Notes: generated from the sequence alone by a model not told the origin. A stretch of DNA of 64,000 nucleotides from Candidatus Eiseniibacteriota bacterium (GCA_963702435.1 CAVPCR010000001.1:160001-224000); one strand, 5' to 3'; positions 50,387 to 61,504 are shown, numbered from the stretch's first letter. Program-made: numbers and translations.

Positions 50387-51406
50387 TCACCGGGTGCGCG
50401 GGCCGGGTCTCGCCTTGCGCCCTCGCCGCGGTTCGAGCAGGCCCGCCCGAGCCGCGAGCTCGCGGTTCGCCTTGCACCATCGCTTGAACCAGGGCCCGAT
50501 GTCGAGATACTCGATGTAGCGGAGCGCCATCTCGGGGAGAAAGCTCCGCCTGGAGCCACTCTCGATCGCGCGGAGCCGATACTGCGCGATGCCCAGTCGA
50601 GAAGAAACGTCCCGGATGGTCAGACCCATGTGCTCCCGCGCCTGCTCCATGCGGGTCCTGAGCGACTGCCACCTGATGAGGTCCTCCGGCGGTGTGCGGC
50701 CGGGCACCGCACCGAGACCGGCGGCGACCGCTGGATCGAGCATTCCCAGGATGATGCCCGTGGCCGCTGCCACCTCGTCATCGCTCAGGATGCTCGTCTT
50801 TCGGCGGAGCTTGCGCTCGAGCGAAGCGACCACCGCCTCCGCGCCGCGCGGGCGCGCCGGGTTCCCGGCGCGTCGTGATGCGGCAGCCGGGCCTGCGGTG
50901 CCCGTTCGCCTCGTGCGCATGCACTCCTCACACAGGTAGCGATCCCCCATGATCGAGTAGGCGTCCCTCCAGAGATCGATGATGGCCCTGCAAGAACTGC
51001 AATGCGTCGGCGCGAAGGCAGGCGGATCGGGGAGCTTCTCGAAGTTGTACTCGTTCGTCCCATAGGCGACGACCATCTCGGGGACGAACGCATCGCGGCA
51101 CCGGGCGCACGCGGTCCACCGCCCGGGATGGTCCTCGGCATGGTGATACCCGCACAGGGTGAACCGGCGGTGATTCCGGAAGCAGCTGTTCCGGGCGTAG
51201 GAGAAGAGGACGTACTTGTCCTCGTCGTCGCAAATCCAGTTGTCGCAGCACGGGGTCCGGGTGAGACCGGTGGTCTTGCCGCAGAGCCCGCACCGGCGAT
51301 CGGCGGGCTTGCCCCCGGCCGGAGCCGGACGCGCTCCCTGGGCCGCGGTCGCTGGTTTCGCTGCCGTTCCGCCGCGCACGACCGAAAGTTTCACGATCGC
51401 CTCCAC
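50387..51406 (-). CDS. Cys/His-rich (putative zinc-binding) protein with C-terminal XRE-type HTH
   Basis: CGLCG..TPCCDNWIC...CFRNH...LCGYHH; RMEQAREHMGLTIRDVSSRLGI...AIESG. Confidence 0.65.
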   Translation of the reverse strand: MEAIVKLSVVRGGTAAKPATAAQGARPAPAGGKPADRRCGLCGKTTGLTRTPCCDNWICDDEDKYVLFSYARNSCFRNHRRFTLCGYHHAEDHPGRWTACARCRDAFVPEMVVAYGTNEYNFEKLPDPPAFAPTHCSSCRAIIDLWRDAYSIMGDRYLCEECMRTRRTGTAGPAAASRRAGNPARPRGAEAVVASLERKLRRKTSILSDDEVAAATGIILGMLDPAVAAGLGAVPGRTPPEDLIRWQSLRTRMEQAREHMGLTIRDVSSRLGIAQYRLRAIESGSRRSFLPEMALRYIEYLDIGPWFKRWCKANRELAARAGLLEPRRGRKARPGPRTR

Positions 51407-51443
51407 GATGACCAGGGGACTGATGCGAGGAGCGTCCCGCCCA

Positions 51444-53038
51444 TCACTGCGCCTTCGCGCCGGCCAGGTGCTCTCTCAAGATCGTCTTGATCTCGTCGCT
51501 CGTGTTCAAGTTCTCGATGATGTCCGCCGTGACCTGCGGCTTGGCGCCGCGGGACAGGAGCCAGACCACCGCGTCCTTCTTCCGCGCAACCATGGCCAGC
51601 CCGATCGGCGTCCACTCCTCATCGCTCATGGCGTCGATATCGGCCCCGCCCTTCACCAGGGCCTCCATGACCGGAATGTTCCCGTAGCGAGCGGCCACCT
51701 CGAGCGGGGTCACGTTCGTCCAGGGCTTGACGAGGGGGAAGAACCGCATCTGCCCCCGCGCGTCCACCGGCACTCCCTTCGCGAGGAGATAGGCCACGAC
51801 CTCCGTTTGACCCTCCGCGGCCGCCGCATGCAGCAGCGATCCGCCCAGCGTCCCCTCCGGCGCCACGAACTTGAGGTCGCCGCCGCGGCTCTCGAGGAGC
51901 TTCACGATCTCGAGGCGGCCGCCGCACGCGGCGGTCCACAGGGGCGTCACCTCCGACGTGAAGCCGGAGTAGAACAGTTCCACTCGCCCCGCTCGTCCGC
52001 GGAGACGCCCTGGTCGAGGAAGTAGGACACCGCGTCGGCATGGCCCAGGTGGGCTGCGTTGTGGATCGGCTTGCCGCGGAACCTGCTGGGCATGTTGGGG
52101 TCCGCGCCGCGAGCCACCAGCAGCGCGGCGATGGCGCCGGTCTTGGCGAAGTGGATCGGTTGGTCATCGCCTTCGGGGAAGTGCCACGGCGCGCCCTTGC
52201 TCAAGAGCATCTCGACGGTCGCTTGCGAGCCGGACTGCGCCGCATAGTGCAGAGGCGCGAGTTCCCCGGCATCGAGCTCGCCGACCCTGGCGCCCCGCTC
52301 GACCAGGAGAGACGCCGCCTCGGTCTGACCGGCCGCGGCCGCCCAGTGGAGAGTTGTGCCGAGGACCGGCGGCCAGCCCCCGCCGAAGGACGTGGCCGTG
52401 CCGTCTCCATCCATGAGTATGCCGCTGAACGGCGCGCGCACCTTGATGCTGGGATCGGCGCCGGCGTCCAGCAGGCGGCGCATGGCCGGGAGGCAGCCGG
52501 CGCGCGCCGCCCAGTGCAACGGCGTCGCGTCGTCGTCGCCGCGGACATTGACGTCGGCGCCGCGAGCGATGAGGAGCTCGACCACGGCATCCCGGCACTT
52601 GCCGGCGGCCACGTGGAGCGGCGCCGCGCCGGCGCCCTCCGTTCCGTTGATGTCCGTTCCCTGGTCGAGGAGCCCGCGCACCTCCGCGAGGTCACCCTTC
52701 TCGGCCGCGCGGTGGATCACCGTCTTCTGGATGTTGCTGATCCCCTCCTGTGCCGCGGCTGCATACGTGCCCTCCGGATGTCGCTTCAAGAACCACTCGA
52801 ACTTCTCCTCGGTGTTCGTCGACTCGGCGGCGGCCCAGTCCAGCTCCTCGAGGCGCGTCTTCGCCGCCTCGGCATGCTGGCTGTTCGGGTGCCTGGCCAG
52901 GAAAGCCTCGTAGGCCTTGGCCCGGTCGGTGCTCTGCGCCTTGGCCCAGCGGCTTTCCTCGGAGCCGCAGCCAGGAGCGAGGAGCACGAGCAGCAGTCCG
53001 AATAGAAGACCTGCACGAACGTGTCCTTGGCTAATCAT
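51444..53038 (-). CDS. Ankyrin-repeat lipoprotein (frameshift near 51985)
   Basis: Lipobox LAPGC; TPLHWAA/PLHYAA/TPLWTAA repeats across ORFs 51947..53038 and 51444..51983. Confidence 0.85.
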
Positions 53039-53152
53039 GAGTCCCTCCGCTCAGGCGGCCGCCGATCCCGCCGGCCCGCGACGTGCGGCATGGAAGCCGC
53101 GACGGCGGGAGTCTGTTTCCTGCTGCTCAGTCTACCGCCGCGCCAACCTCCA

Positions 53153-53539
53153 TCAAGCCAGGTCGGCCCCCTGCTCCTGCAACAACGACTTGAGGACGGA
53201 ACGGTGGCAGCGCTCCTCGTCCGCGCAGTAGCAGCCCACCGAGAGGTTGGTCTGGCGGGAGAGCGCGGCCAGGAGCGCGAGGAGCCGCGTGACCTCGGGG
53301 CGCTTCATCTCGGCGCGATACCGCCGCACGAAGCTCCGCCATGCGCGCTCGTCGGAAGCTCGGAGCGCCTCCTTGAGCAAGCCCTCCGAGGGCGCGAGTT
53401 CCGGCACCCACACATCGTAGAAGTTCCGTGACGCATACTCCGCCTTCGGCACGCCGCGCGGCGGGCGGCGCACCGTCCCCAGGCGCAGGCCCTCATCGCG
53501 TGTCCGCGGGCTGCCCAGCCGCACCACCAGAATGGCCAA
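53153..53539 (-). CDS. DUF488-family protein
   Basis: GTVRRPPRGV.K, W.PELAPS, Y.AEM, CYCADEERCHRSVL. Confidence 0.8.
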   Translation of the reverse strand: MAILVVRLGSPRTRDEGLRLGTVRRPPRGVPKAEYASRNFYDVWVPELAPSEGLLKEALRASDERAWRSFVRRYRAEMKRPEVTRLLALLAALSRQTNLSVGCYCADEERCHRSVLKSLLQEQGADLA

Positions 53540-53634
53540 CTCGAGTCGCCTCCATCGCTCGGCGGGCGTGCTGCCAGCCGGCAATGCGCGCGGCACGCGC
53601 TCTCCGCCGGCGCCTCCTGTGCCGCGACGAACCC

Positions 53635-54228
53635 TCAGAACCCCCTGCCCAGCTCGTAGGCTCTCTTCAGATTCCGCGCGCGGTGCGTGTCGTCGAGCGG
53701 CATCATGCCACCGAGGATCTCCATGTGGGCTTCCTTGACGCCGGCCCCGAGCAGGCGGTCATTCAGCATGATGCGCCGCATGCTGTCCGCGATGCCGATC
53801 TCCTCCAGGTGCTCCGCCGTGTGGCCCGCCGAGCACACGACGAGTGCCTTCTCGATGCTCATCCTGGTGCCCCGAGTCCCGGCCGCATCATAGAGGTAAG
53901 CGTATCCGCAGGTGAAGACCCGGTCGAACCACCCCTTGAGCTTCGCCGGACAATCGCTCCACCACACCGGATAGATGAAGACCAGCCCGCCGGCGCCGTT
54001 GATCCTGGCCTGTTCGCGCTCGACGTCTCGGGGCACCGGCAGGTCCGGGCTTCCGGAGGTCTCTCGGAGGTATTGCGCTTCATCCATCTCCGATTGAAAG
54101 CCCATCGCGTAGAGGTCGGCGACTTCGTAGCTGTGCCCCGCTTCCTCGAGGCCTCGGGTGAAGGCGGCGAGCACGCTCTTGCTGAAGGACTTGTGGCTCG
54201 GATGAGCGAAGACTACGTAGACGTGCAT
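53635..54228 (-). CDS. NAD(P)H-dependent oxidoreductase, flavodoxin-like fold
   Basis: VVFAHP...SFS, DLYAMGF, YPVWWSDCPAKLKGWFDRV. Confidence 0.88.
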   Translation of the reverse strand: MHVYVVFAHPSHKSFSKSVLAAFTRGLEEAGHSYEVADLYAMGFQSEMDEAQYLRETSGSPDLPVPRDVEREQARINGAGGLVFIYPVWWSDCPAKLKGWFDRVFTCGYAYLYDAAGTRGTRMSIEKALVVCSAGHTAEHLEEIGIADSMRRIMLNDRLLGAGVKEAHMEILGGMMPLDDTHRARNLKRAYELGRGF

Positions 54229-54371
54229 GGTCACACCATCCCCGCGCGCGCTACTCATGCGCATCATACAACGAACGGGATGAACCGGCGAGTGCGCGCC
54301 AGGTACTCCCTGTACTGGCCGCCGAAACGAGCGAGGTTCTCCGCCTCCTGAAGCGAGGCGTAGAGCAGCGA

Positions 54372-55439
54372 CTAGTCGAACCAACCGGCGAGCCCCAGGA
54401 ACGGTCCCGGCAAGCCCGCCGTCGGGATGGACACGACGATCCGCTCCTCGCCGCGGTCCAGGTCCTTGAGCCACACGTCGCACGAGTCGGCCCGGTCGGA
54501 CAGCAGGAGGCTCGCCGCCGCGACGTACCGTCCTGAGGGGGAAAGCGAGTATGCGACCTGGATCCCGGTATACAACGTGGCCGCCGGGCCGAAGCTCACG
54601 TCCGTGCCCTCCCCCATGTCCGCCCGCGCCCGGATCAGGGAGAAGCGGAACGGCTGGCGCTCGCGCTCCTCCCCGCTCGCGGGCTGCATCGTTTCGAAGA
54701 GATACTCGCCGCTCGGCAGCACTCCGATCGCGCGTGCCGCCAGGAGCGGCGCCGATCCGTCGGCGAGCGGCAACGCAGCAAGTCGCTCGAGATGCCCGCC
54801 GTCTTCGTCCATCAGATACGTCCCCACCAGGTCGTACGACTCCTCCGAGGTGAGGTCGGCATCCCCGGTGGCGAGCGAGAAGTAGAGCCGCTCGCGTCCC
54901 GGGACCCAGCCGACGCTCGTGGCGTGGCAATCCAGAAACGTTTCGGTGACGTCGATCTGATGGAGAAGCGTCCCGGTCGCAACATCGTGGAGGAAGATGA
55001 ACTGGCGCCGGTCCATTCCGCTGACGTAGCCGATGCGGGTCCCGGTCGCGTTGACGAAGAGATCGCCCGCCGATCCGTCGCCCATCACCGGGCCGATCCG
55101 CCGCACCGCGTTCGAGCCGTCGGCCGCGAGCTCGTAGAGCCCGCGCTCCGCCGGAGCGGGGAGCCCCCCGCGCCGCCCGGCCGCTCGCGCGAACATCCTG
55201 CCGCCGGCGGCGACCGGGAAGTGGAAGACGTAGAGGGACTGCGTCAGGACAATGGATGTCGCCTCGTCGGAGAAGACGAGCCGCTCTTCGCGCGTCTCGG
55301 GGTCGACGGCGAAGATCTCCGTCTTCGCCGCGGTGTAGTCGGACCCCTTGTGCACGATGGCATAGATGAGCTTCTCGCCGGCCTCGGCGCCGGGCGCGAG
55401 CGCAACGAACGCGAAGCCCAGGAGACACACGAGGCCCAT
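54372..55439 (-). CDS. Hypothetical secreted protein (beta-propeller-like)
   Basis: Signal peptide-like start; SLSPSGRYVA repeat-like motif. Confidence 0.55.
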   Translation of the reverse strand: MGLVCLLGFAFVALAPGAEAGEKLIYAIVHKGSDYTAAKTEIFAVDPETREERLVFSDEATSIVLTQSLYVFHFPVAAGGRMFARAAGRRGGLPAPAERGLYELAADGSNAVRRIGPVMGDGSAGDLFVNATGTRIGYVSGMDRRQFIFLHDVATGTLLHQIDVTETFLDCHATSVGWVPGRERLYFSLATGDADLTSEESYDLVGTYLMDEDGGHLERLAALPLADGSAPLLAARAIGVLPSGEYLFETMQPASGEERERQPFRFSLIRARADMGEGTDVSFGPAATLYTGIQVAYSLSPSGRYVAAASLLLSDRADSCDVWLKDLDRGEERIVVSIPTAGLPGPFLGLAGWFD

Positions 55440-55551
55440 GCGGATCGAGATGGCGGCGCCGAGCGCGCCCGCGCAGCGCGCGGTCTCGCCGGCGAAGACG
55501 AGGGCGGACCTGAGCGCCGGCCCGAGGACGGAACGGACGGGCACGGCAGGC

Positions 55552-56112
55552 TCAGGCAGCTCGGCGCGGCGACCCCGCCGGAACGCCCGCAGCATCGACC
55601 TCACCGATGATGCGCTCGACCAGCCGCCTGAGGGGGCGGCGATGGACGGCGATCAGGAGCCACGGCCATACGAATCCCCAGAAGAGGACCATTCCCCAGA
55701 CGATGACGATGTTCTGATCGGCTGAGATACCCGGGACCATGCGCCCGGGCTGGCTCTCGATGTAGGAGCGCGCGTCGGCGAAGAGGAGAAGGAGCAGACC
55801 GACCATCCCGATAGCGCCGCACAGGCCCAGTGCGTAGGCGGCCCAGCGCCAGTAACGGACCTGGTACTGGACGATGCCCGACTCGGGGAACCGGAGATCG
55901 ATCTCGTTGAGGCCGACGTTCAGTGCGGTCTTCCAGTCGGTCGCACGGATTCGCATGTGGTCGGCGCCGGTCTCGGTGACGACATACTGCGAACGCGGAT
56001 GCGGCTGGCCCGTGAGGAGACCTTGCGCAACGCGACGGGCAAGGCCCTCGCGAAAGGCCGGCGCCGCCGTTCTGATCGGAGCGGTACCCTCGATGACCGG
56101 TGCGAGGATCAT
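55552..56112 (-). CDS. Hypothetical membrane protein
   Basis: Two TM segments; GGAGG RBS. Confidence 0.6.
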   Translation of the reverse strand: MILAPVIEGTAPIRTAAPAFREGLARRVAQGLLTGQPHPRSQYVVTETGADHMRIRATDWKTALNVGLNEIDLRFPESGIVQYQVRYWRWAAYALGLCGAIGMVGLLLLLFADARSYIESQPGRMVPGISADQNIVIVWGMVLFWGFVWPWLLIAVHRRPLRRLVERIIGEVDAAGVPAGSPRRAA

Positions 56113-56220
56113 GGCATGCCTCCGAAACCACCTGGCCCTGGATGCGAGCCCTCATGGTCTATCGGCACCGCGGACACCGATCCCAACCAGGGCCCGGCTG
56201 GTCCACGGCGCGGCCGGACA

Positions 56221-56640
56221 TCATGTCTCCCGCTCCGGGGCCGCCCCGAGAGTCCGCGCGTGGTGGAGCAGCTCCGCCACGGATCGCGCCGACCGGAAGA
56301 GGGCCTTGAGCTCGTCCGGCTCGACGAACTGGGAGTAGAGATCGCCGGGATCCCGATCCACGCACGCGCACAGAAGCTCCGCGACCTCCCCCAGCGGGCG
56401 CTGCTCGGGCCCCGACAGCCGAAGCTGCACCTTGAGCTTGCGGTTCAAGAGCCGGTCGAGGTGGCTCGGAGGCCGGTCCGGCACCGCCTCGCTGACCACC
56501 CAGAAGTCGCCTGCGGCATCGAGGAAGCGGAGTCCAGCGAAGAACCCGTGGCGATAGGCCGCCCACGAGCAGCTGGTGAGCGGCTCGTCGGTCACCGCGA
56601 ACGAGCCTTCGGCAGCGATCCACAACGCAGGGAGCTTCAT
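56221..56640 (-). CDS. Hypothetical protein
   Basis: AGGAGG RBS before ATG 56640; protein-like composition. Confidence 0.55.
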   Translation of the reverse strand: MKLPALWIAAEGSFAVTDEPLTSCSWAAYRHGFFAGLRFLDAAGDFWVVSEAVPDRPPSHLDRLLNRKLKVQLRLSGPEQRPLGEVAELLCACVDRDPGDLYSQFVEPDELKALFRSARSVAELLHHARTLGAAPERET

Positions 56641-56686
56641 CCCGACCTCCTGAATGCGTGCCGCCCGGCACGAGTCGCCGGCCGAT

Positions 56687-57724
56687 CTAGCCGCCGAGCT
56701 CGGCGGTCCTGGGTCTCTCGATCCCCCGCTGTCCCCGCCGCCACGCCCCCGGCGCCACCCCGACCTCGCGCTTGAACGCCCGCGAGAACGCGGCCTCGCT
56801 CTCGTAGCCGACATCGAGCGCGATCTCCACGAGCTTCGCGCTCGTGTCGCGGAGGAGCCCCGCGGCGAGCTGCATCCGCCACCGCGTCAGGTACTGCATG
56901 GGCGGTTGCCCGATGAAGTGGACGAAGCGCTCGTGGAGCGACGACCGCGAGAGCCCCGCCTCCGCGCCGAGCTGCTCGAGCGTCCATGGCTCGGCGGGGC
57001 GCTCGTGGAGGAGCGCGAGGGCGCGGCCGACCGCGGGGTCACGCATCCCGGCGAGCCATCCGGTCTGCTCGGGTGGGAGCGCATCGATGTGCCGGCGCAG
57101 GACCTCGACGAAGAGCATCTCGCTCATCCGCTCGAGGACCGCCTCACCGCCCGGGCGGCGCTGGTTCGACTCGGCGACGACTTGGCGCAGGAAGGTCGTG
57201 ACCCAGGAATCGGCGCCGAGCGTGCTCCCGGGCACCTGCAGCACCCGCGGCAGAGCCGTGAGGAGCGGGTTGAAGGGCTTCGCGTCGAGACCCAGGAATC
57301 CGCAGACGATGGTCGCGCGATCGCGCCCGCCGCCGTCGAGGCGGGCGGTCGTGATCTCGGCGTCCCGCATGCTGAGCGCGTAGGGAAGCTGTGGCGGGCG
57401 CGGTGAGAAGAAGAAGCTCGTGTCGGAGCTCGGAGCGCGCATGCCCGGCGCGCTCGACATGACGTGCGCGTCGCCCTGCGGGAACAGGATCACGTCGCCC
57501 GCATCGAGGCGGATCGGCGACTCCCCGACGATCGCCGCCCAGCAGGAGCCGCTGACGATCCCGTGGAACTCGATCATGTGCTCCGCGCCGGGCATGATCG
57601 CGGGGATGATGTCGCACGCGGCCGGCGCCTCGGCCACCCAGGGCGAGGCCCCCTCGATGTAGTAGAAGAGCGCGCCGCGGAAGCGAACGGCACGGAGCAG
57701 ATCGGACAGGGTGTCGCCGGACAC
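56687..57724 (-). CDS. AraC-family regulator (cupin + HTH)
   Basis: DTLSDLLRAVR, WTLEQLGAEAGLSRS, PMQYLTRWRMQLA, VGYESEAAFSRAFKR. Confidence 0.92.
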   Translation of the reverse strand: MSGDTLSDLLRAVRFRGALFYYIEGASPWVAEAPAACDIIPAIMPGAEHMIEFHGIVSGSCWAAIVGESPIRLDAGDVILFPQGDAHVMSSAPGMRAPSSDTSFFFSPRPPQLPYALSMRDAEITTARLDGGGRDRATIVCGFLGLDAKPFNPLLTALPRVLQVPGSTLGADSWVTTFLRQVVAESNQRRPGGEAVLERMSEMLFVEVLRRHIDALPPEQTGWLAGMRDPAVGRALALLHERPAEPWTLEQLGAEAGLSRSSLHERFVHFIGQPPMQYLTRWRMQLAAGLLRDTSAKLVEIALDVGYESEAAFSRAFKREVGVAPGAWRRGQRGIERPRTAELGG

Positions 57725-57985
57725 GATCCCCCCGGGACGATGGCGCCGAGGCTTCAGGCCGCGGGGTCCCCGGGACACCGGCGGACGCCCGGCAAGGTCG
57801 GCCGGACCTCCGGCAAGGATGGCGATGCGATTCGGACGCTCGGTCAAGTCTTAGCGACGCCCGGCGTGACGGTCAACTCCCGAGTCCGGGCACACTCCCT
57901 CCATGAGCGCGGCCCGATCCCGGTGGCCCGCGCGAGCCGGCCGCTCGCCGGCCGGCTCCTCCACTCGAACGAAGGAGATGTCCCG

Positions 57986-58843
57986 ATGAATCCGCTGACT
58001 GCCACCCCCCAGTATCCCCACTCGCTCCTCACCGACCGCCCGGCCCCCGACCTCGGCGCGATCAAGACTCGCCAGCAGGCCACCTGGGCCGCCGGCGACT
58101 TCGGCCAGATCGGCGTGCGGCTCCAGTCGGTCGGCGAGGCGCTCTGCGAGGCCGTCGACCTCCAGGCCACCCACCGCGTGCTCGATGTCGCGGCCGGGAA
58201 CGGCAACGCCTCGCTCGCCGCCGCCCGTCACTTCGCGGACGTGACCTCGACCGACTACGTTCCGGACCTCCTCGAGCAAGGCCGGCGCCGCGCCGAGGCC
58301 GACCGCCTCCCGATCGACTTCCGGGTGGCCGACGCGGAAGCGCTGCCGTTCGACGACGGATCGTTCGACGTCGTCCTCTCGACCTTCGGCGTCATGTTCG
58401 CGCCGGACCAGGAGCGGGCCGCGCGGGAGCTCCTGCGCGTGACGAAGCCGGGCGGGAAGATCGGGCTCGCCAACTGGACTCCCGACGGCTTCATCGGGGA
58501 TCTCTTCCGCGTGATGAGCGGGATCGTGCCGCCGCCGGCCGGGCTGCGCTCGCCGATGGAATGGGGTTCCGAGCCGCGGCTCGTCGAGCTCTTCGGTCCG
58601 GCGGCCACCGGCCTCGCGACGACGCGGCGGACGTATACGTTCCGCTATCGCTCGGCCGAGCACTGGATCGAGATCTTCCGCACGTTCTACGGACCGACGC
58701 ACAAGGCGTTCGCGGCGCTCGACGCGGCAGGACGCGAGAGGCTCCACTCAGCCCTCCTCGACCTCCTCGGGCGCTGGAACCGCGGCAACGGCGCCGGCCT
58801 CTGCGTGCCGGGCGACTACCTCGAGGTCGTCGTGACGAAGTAG
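57986..58843 (+). CDS. Class I SAM-dependent methyltransferase
   Basis: VLDVAAGNGN, DAEALPF.D.SFDVV.STFGVMF; AAGGAG RBS; divergent from AraC. Confidence 0.92.
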   Translation: MNPLTATPQYPHSLLTDRPAPDLGAIKTRQQATWAAGDFGQIGVRLQSVGEALCEAVDLQATHRVLDVAAGNGNASLAAARHFADVTSTDYVPDLLEQGRRRAEADRLPIDFRVADAEALPFDDGSFDVVLSTFGVMFAPDQERAARELLRVTKPGGKIGLANWTPDGFIGDLFRVMSGIVPPPAGLRSPMEWGSEPRLVELFGPAATGLATTRRTYTFRYRSAEHWIEIFRTFYGPTHKAFAALDAAGRERLHSALLDLLGRWNRGNGAGLCVPGDYLEVVVTK

Positions 58844-58962
58844 CTCAGCGCGCGGGGCCGGAAGGTCAACGCGCACCGGCGGCGGCGGGCGGCCTCTCGA
58901 GGCGATCGAATGACGTCACGCAGGGCCGTCCGCCGCGTTCAACCGGCTGGTGGGCGGCTCGT

Positions 58963-59481
58963 TCAATCGGCCACCGCTCGGCGCAACGGCATCAGGAAGT
59001 AGACCCCTTGTTCGTTGTCCCCGTGCCCCTCGGGCTGAGCTGCAAAGCCCAGTGACAGCTTGATGTGATAGTTCGCTCGCTTATCGTAGCAGCTGTAAGA
59101 CGCCACCTGGTAGCAGCCGAGATCCCGCGCACGCCGGATCACCCACTTCTGAAGCAACGTGCCGATGCCTCGGCCACGCGAGGCGGGACGAACGGCGAAG
59201 GCATGGATCTTTGCCTCGGTCAGGGGTACCCCATCATGATGGAGGACGGGACAGCGCTCCTCGGATCCGATGGGTTGTATGGCAAAGCGGATCGCGCCTG
59301 CGAGTTCGCCGCCGTCCAGGGCAACGAGAAGAAGAGAGGTGTATCGAGCGTAGCGTTCGCCGACGACGAACGGAACCTGATCAGGCGTGACGTCCTGAAG
59401 GAATTGCAGAAACTCCGGGAAGCGAGAGTGGCCAGCATCCCACTCCTCGAAGACGATCTGGCTTGAAGCCTCACCCTTCAT
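58963..59481 (-). CDS. GNAT-family acetyltransferase
   Basis: FAVRPASRGRGIGT motif A. Confidence 0.8.
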   Translation of the reverse strand: MKGEASSQIVFEEWDAGHSRFPEFLQFLQDVTPDQVPFVVGERYARYTSLLLVALDGGELAGAIRFAIQPIGSEERCPVLHHDGVPLTEAKIHAFAVRPASRGRGIGTLLQKWVIRRARDLGCYQVASYSCYDKRANYHIKLSLGFAAQPEGHGDNEQGVYFLMPLRRAVAD

Positions 59482-59626
59482 GTAGCCCCCCGGCGTGACC
59501 CCACCGTGCTCGCCGCTTGTTCGCCCAACGCTGAAGCTGCCACAAGATCGAGCGATGGCAACGAAGGGTTCCTCCCCGGATGAAGGCGGCGCTTCCTGAC
59601 GGCGGGCCAGGTCGACCGCACTCCGT

Positions 59627-59965
59627 TCATCCCTCCCGCCTCTGATCCTCGAACAGCTCGATGAGCGACGCCAGGTGCTCCAGGACCTCCGACGGCAACT
59701 TCTCCTTCGCGATGACGCCGGTGGCGACCGCGTGGGCGAGCGGGATCCGCGGATCCGGCATCGAGTGGCGCTTCCAGATCTCCCTCGCCTCTCCATTGTG
59801 ATAGGCGTGGATCGCGTCATGGAGTTCGGCGGAGGACAGGGTGCCGGCTTCCCACTGCTCGAACTTCCGGGCCAGGGCGCCCAGCGCGACCCGCATCTCG
59901 GCTTCCCACGCCTGACCGGCCAGCTCCCGCAGCAGCTTCTGGACTCTCTTCGTGGGTTCCGGCAT
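59627..59965 (-). CDS. Hypothetical protein
   Basis: LRELAGQAWE.E...L...FEQW......EL...IH.YH.G.AREIW pattern; GGAG RBS. Confidence 0.65.
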   Translation of the reverse strand: MPEPTKRVQKLLRELAGQAWEAEMRVALGALARKFEQWEAGTLSSAELHDAIHAYHNGEAREIWKRHSMPDPRIPLAHAVATGVIAKEKLPSEVLEHLASLIELFEDQRREG

Positions 59966-60006
59966 GAGAGGGATCTCCGGCGCCTTGCCCCCCGGCAGCG
60001 AGCTTG

Positions 60007-60945
60007 CTACTCGAGCGCGGCCAGCTCGCGGCGCACCCGTTCGATGTCGACCTCCACCGTCCAGATGTCGAAGTTCCCCGAGCGCGTGCTGACGAAGGCG
60101 ATGCGCTTCCCGTCGGGGGACCAGGCCGGCCCGTCATCGTAGCCGGGGTGCGACGTGATCTGCACGCGCGGGCCGCCCGTTGCGGACATGACCCAGATGT
60201 CGCACGCGCGCCCCTCACACCAGACGACGGCGAGGAGAGAACCGTCCGGCGACAGGTCGGCGTACCGGTAGACCGATTCCCTCTCGGGAGTCACCTGCCG
60301 CCTTGCCTGTCCGTCGGCGGAAAGCTCCCAGATGGACGAGCTCGGCCCCTCGGCATCACGGCGGCAGACGAAGATCTCCTGCCCGCCCTGCGACCAGCAC
60401 AGCGGAAGCGTGGTCTGGCTCGAATCGCTCAGGATCTTCTCGAACCGGCCGCTCGCCACGGTGAGCAGCCACAGGTTCACCCCCTCCTTGAAGACGATCC
60501 GCGAGCCGTCCGGAGACCATTTCGGCTGGCCGCCCTTCGCGACCGGGATGGACTCCGGGACGATGCGGATGGGAGTCCCGCCCGTCGCCGAGACGACCTG
60601 GATCGTGCCGCCGTAGTCCCCATCGAACGCGATGTAGCAGCCGTCGGGCGACCAGTCGGGATGCTCCCCGATGACGGTGGTCAACCGGCGCGGCTCGCCG
60701 CCGTCCGGCGACATTACGTAGAGGCCGGTCTTCTCCGGTGCGGAGTCGCCGCCGTAGCGGGAGAAGACGATCTCCTGGCCGTCAGGGGACCACGAAGGGA
60801 ATCCGTCCTGCGCCGGGTCGTCGGTGAGTCGCACTGGATGGTCTTCCGCCAGGTCCGCCGCCCGGGCGCTCGCATCGCCGGCGAGCAATCGCACGACGAC
60901 CAGGCCGGCAAGGAGCATGGCCGGGCTACAGATCGCGTTTCTCAT
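60007..60945 (-). CDS. TolB-like PD40/WD40-repeat secreted protein
   Basis: Repeated P.WSPDG..IAF motifs; signal peptide. Confidence 0.88.
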   Translation of the reverse strand: MRNAICSPAMLLAGLVVVRLLAGDASARAADLAEDHPVRLTDDPAQDGFPSWSPDGQEIVFSRYGGDSAPEKTGLYVMSPDGGEPRRLTTVIGEHPDWSPDGCYIAFDGDYGGTIQVVSATGGTPIRIVPESIPVAKGGQPKWSPDGSRIVFKEGVNLWLLTVASGRFEKILSDSSQTTLPLCWSQGGQEIFVCRRDAEGPSSSIWELSADGQARRQVTPERESVYRYADLSPDGSLLAVVWCEGRACDIWVMSATGGPRVQITSHPGYDDGPAWSPDGKRIAFVSTRSGNFDIWTVEVDIERVRRELAALE

Positions 60946-61504
60946 GGCCGCCCTCCCCCGGGACGCGCTGCAACTGCGGTCGAGGATACTCCGCCGTCCG
61001 GGGCCAGTCACGCCGGTCACGGGGCGCTTCCGCGGCCGGCCCGCCGGGGGCCGGCAGGGAGTCCCCCCGGGGACCACGCGGGTGGGGCGGGCGCTCGGCC
61101 CCCCGCGGTTCGCCCCAGGGATCGCTCCGGGGATCGCCCCGGGGATCGCCCCCACCGGCCGCTCGGCCGCTACCGGACAGAGCCGCCGGCGGGCGGCTCC
61201 GCCCCGGGGAGGCCGCGCGGGGCCGGCGCCCGCCCCGGCCCACACCTTCCCAGCGTCCCCTGGACCACGCCCCCCCGCCCGATGTGCTACACTCCGCGGA
61301 CCAGGAACGTGGGGAGGGCGGCCCCCGGCCGCCCTTTGCCACAAGGGGCCGTTCGTTCGATCCCAGCTTCTTCTTGCTCGTTCGCTGAGGGCTGGACCGA
61401 AGGATGGATACGATCGGGCGTTCGAGTCATGTGGGATGCGGGTCGCCACCGCCTGGAGTTGGCGTTCCGCCAGGCAAGCACGCATAGATAGAGGAAACCT
61501 CGCG

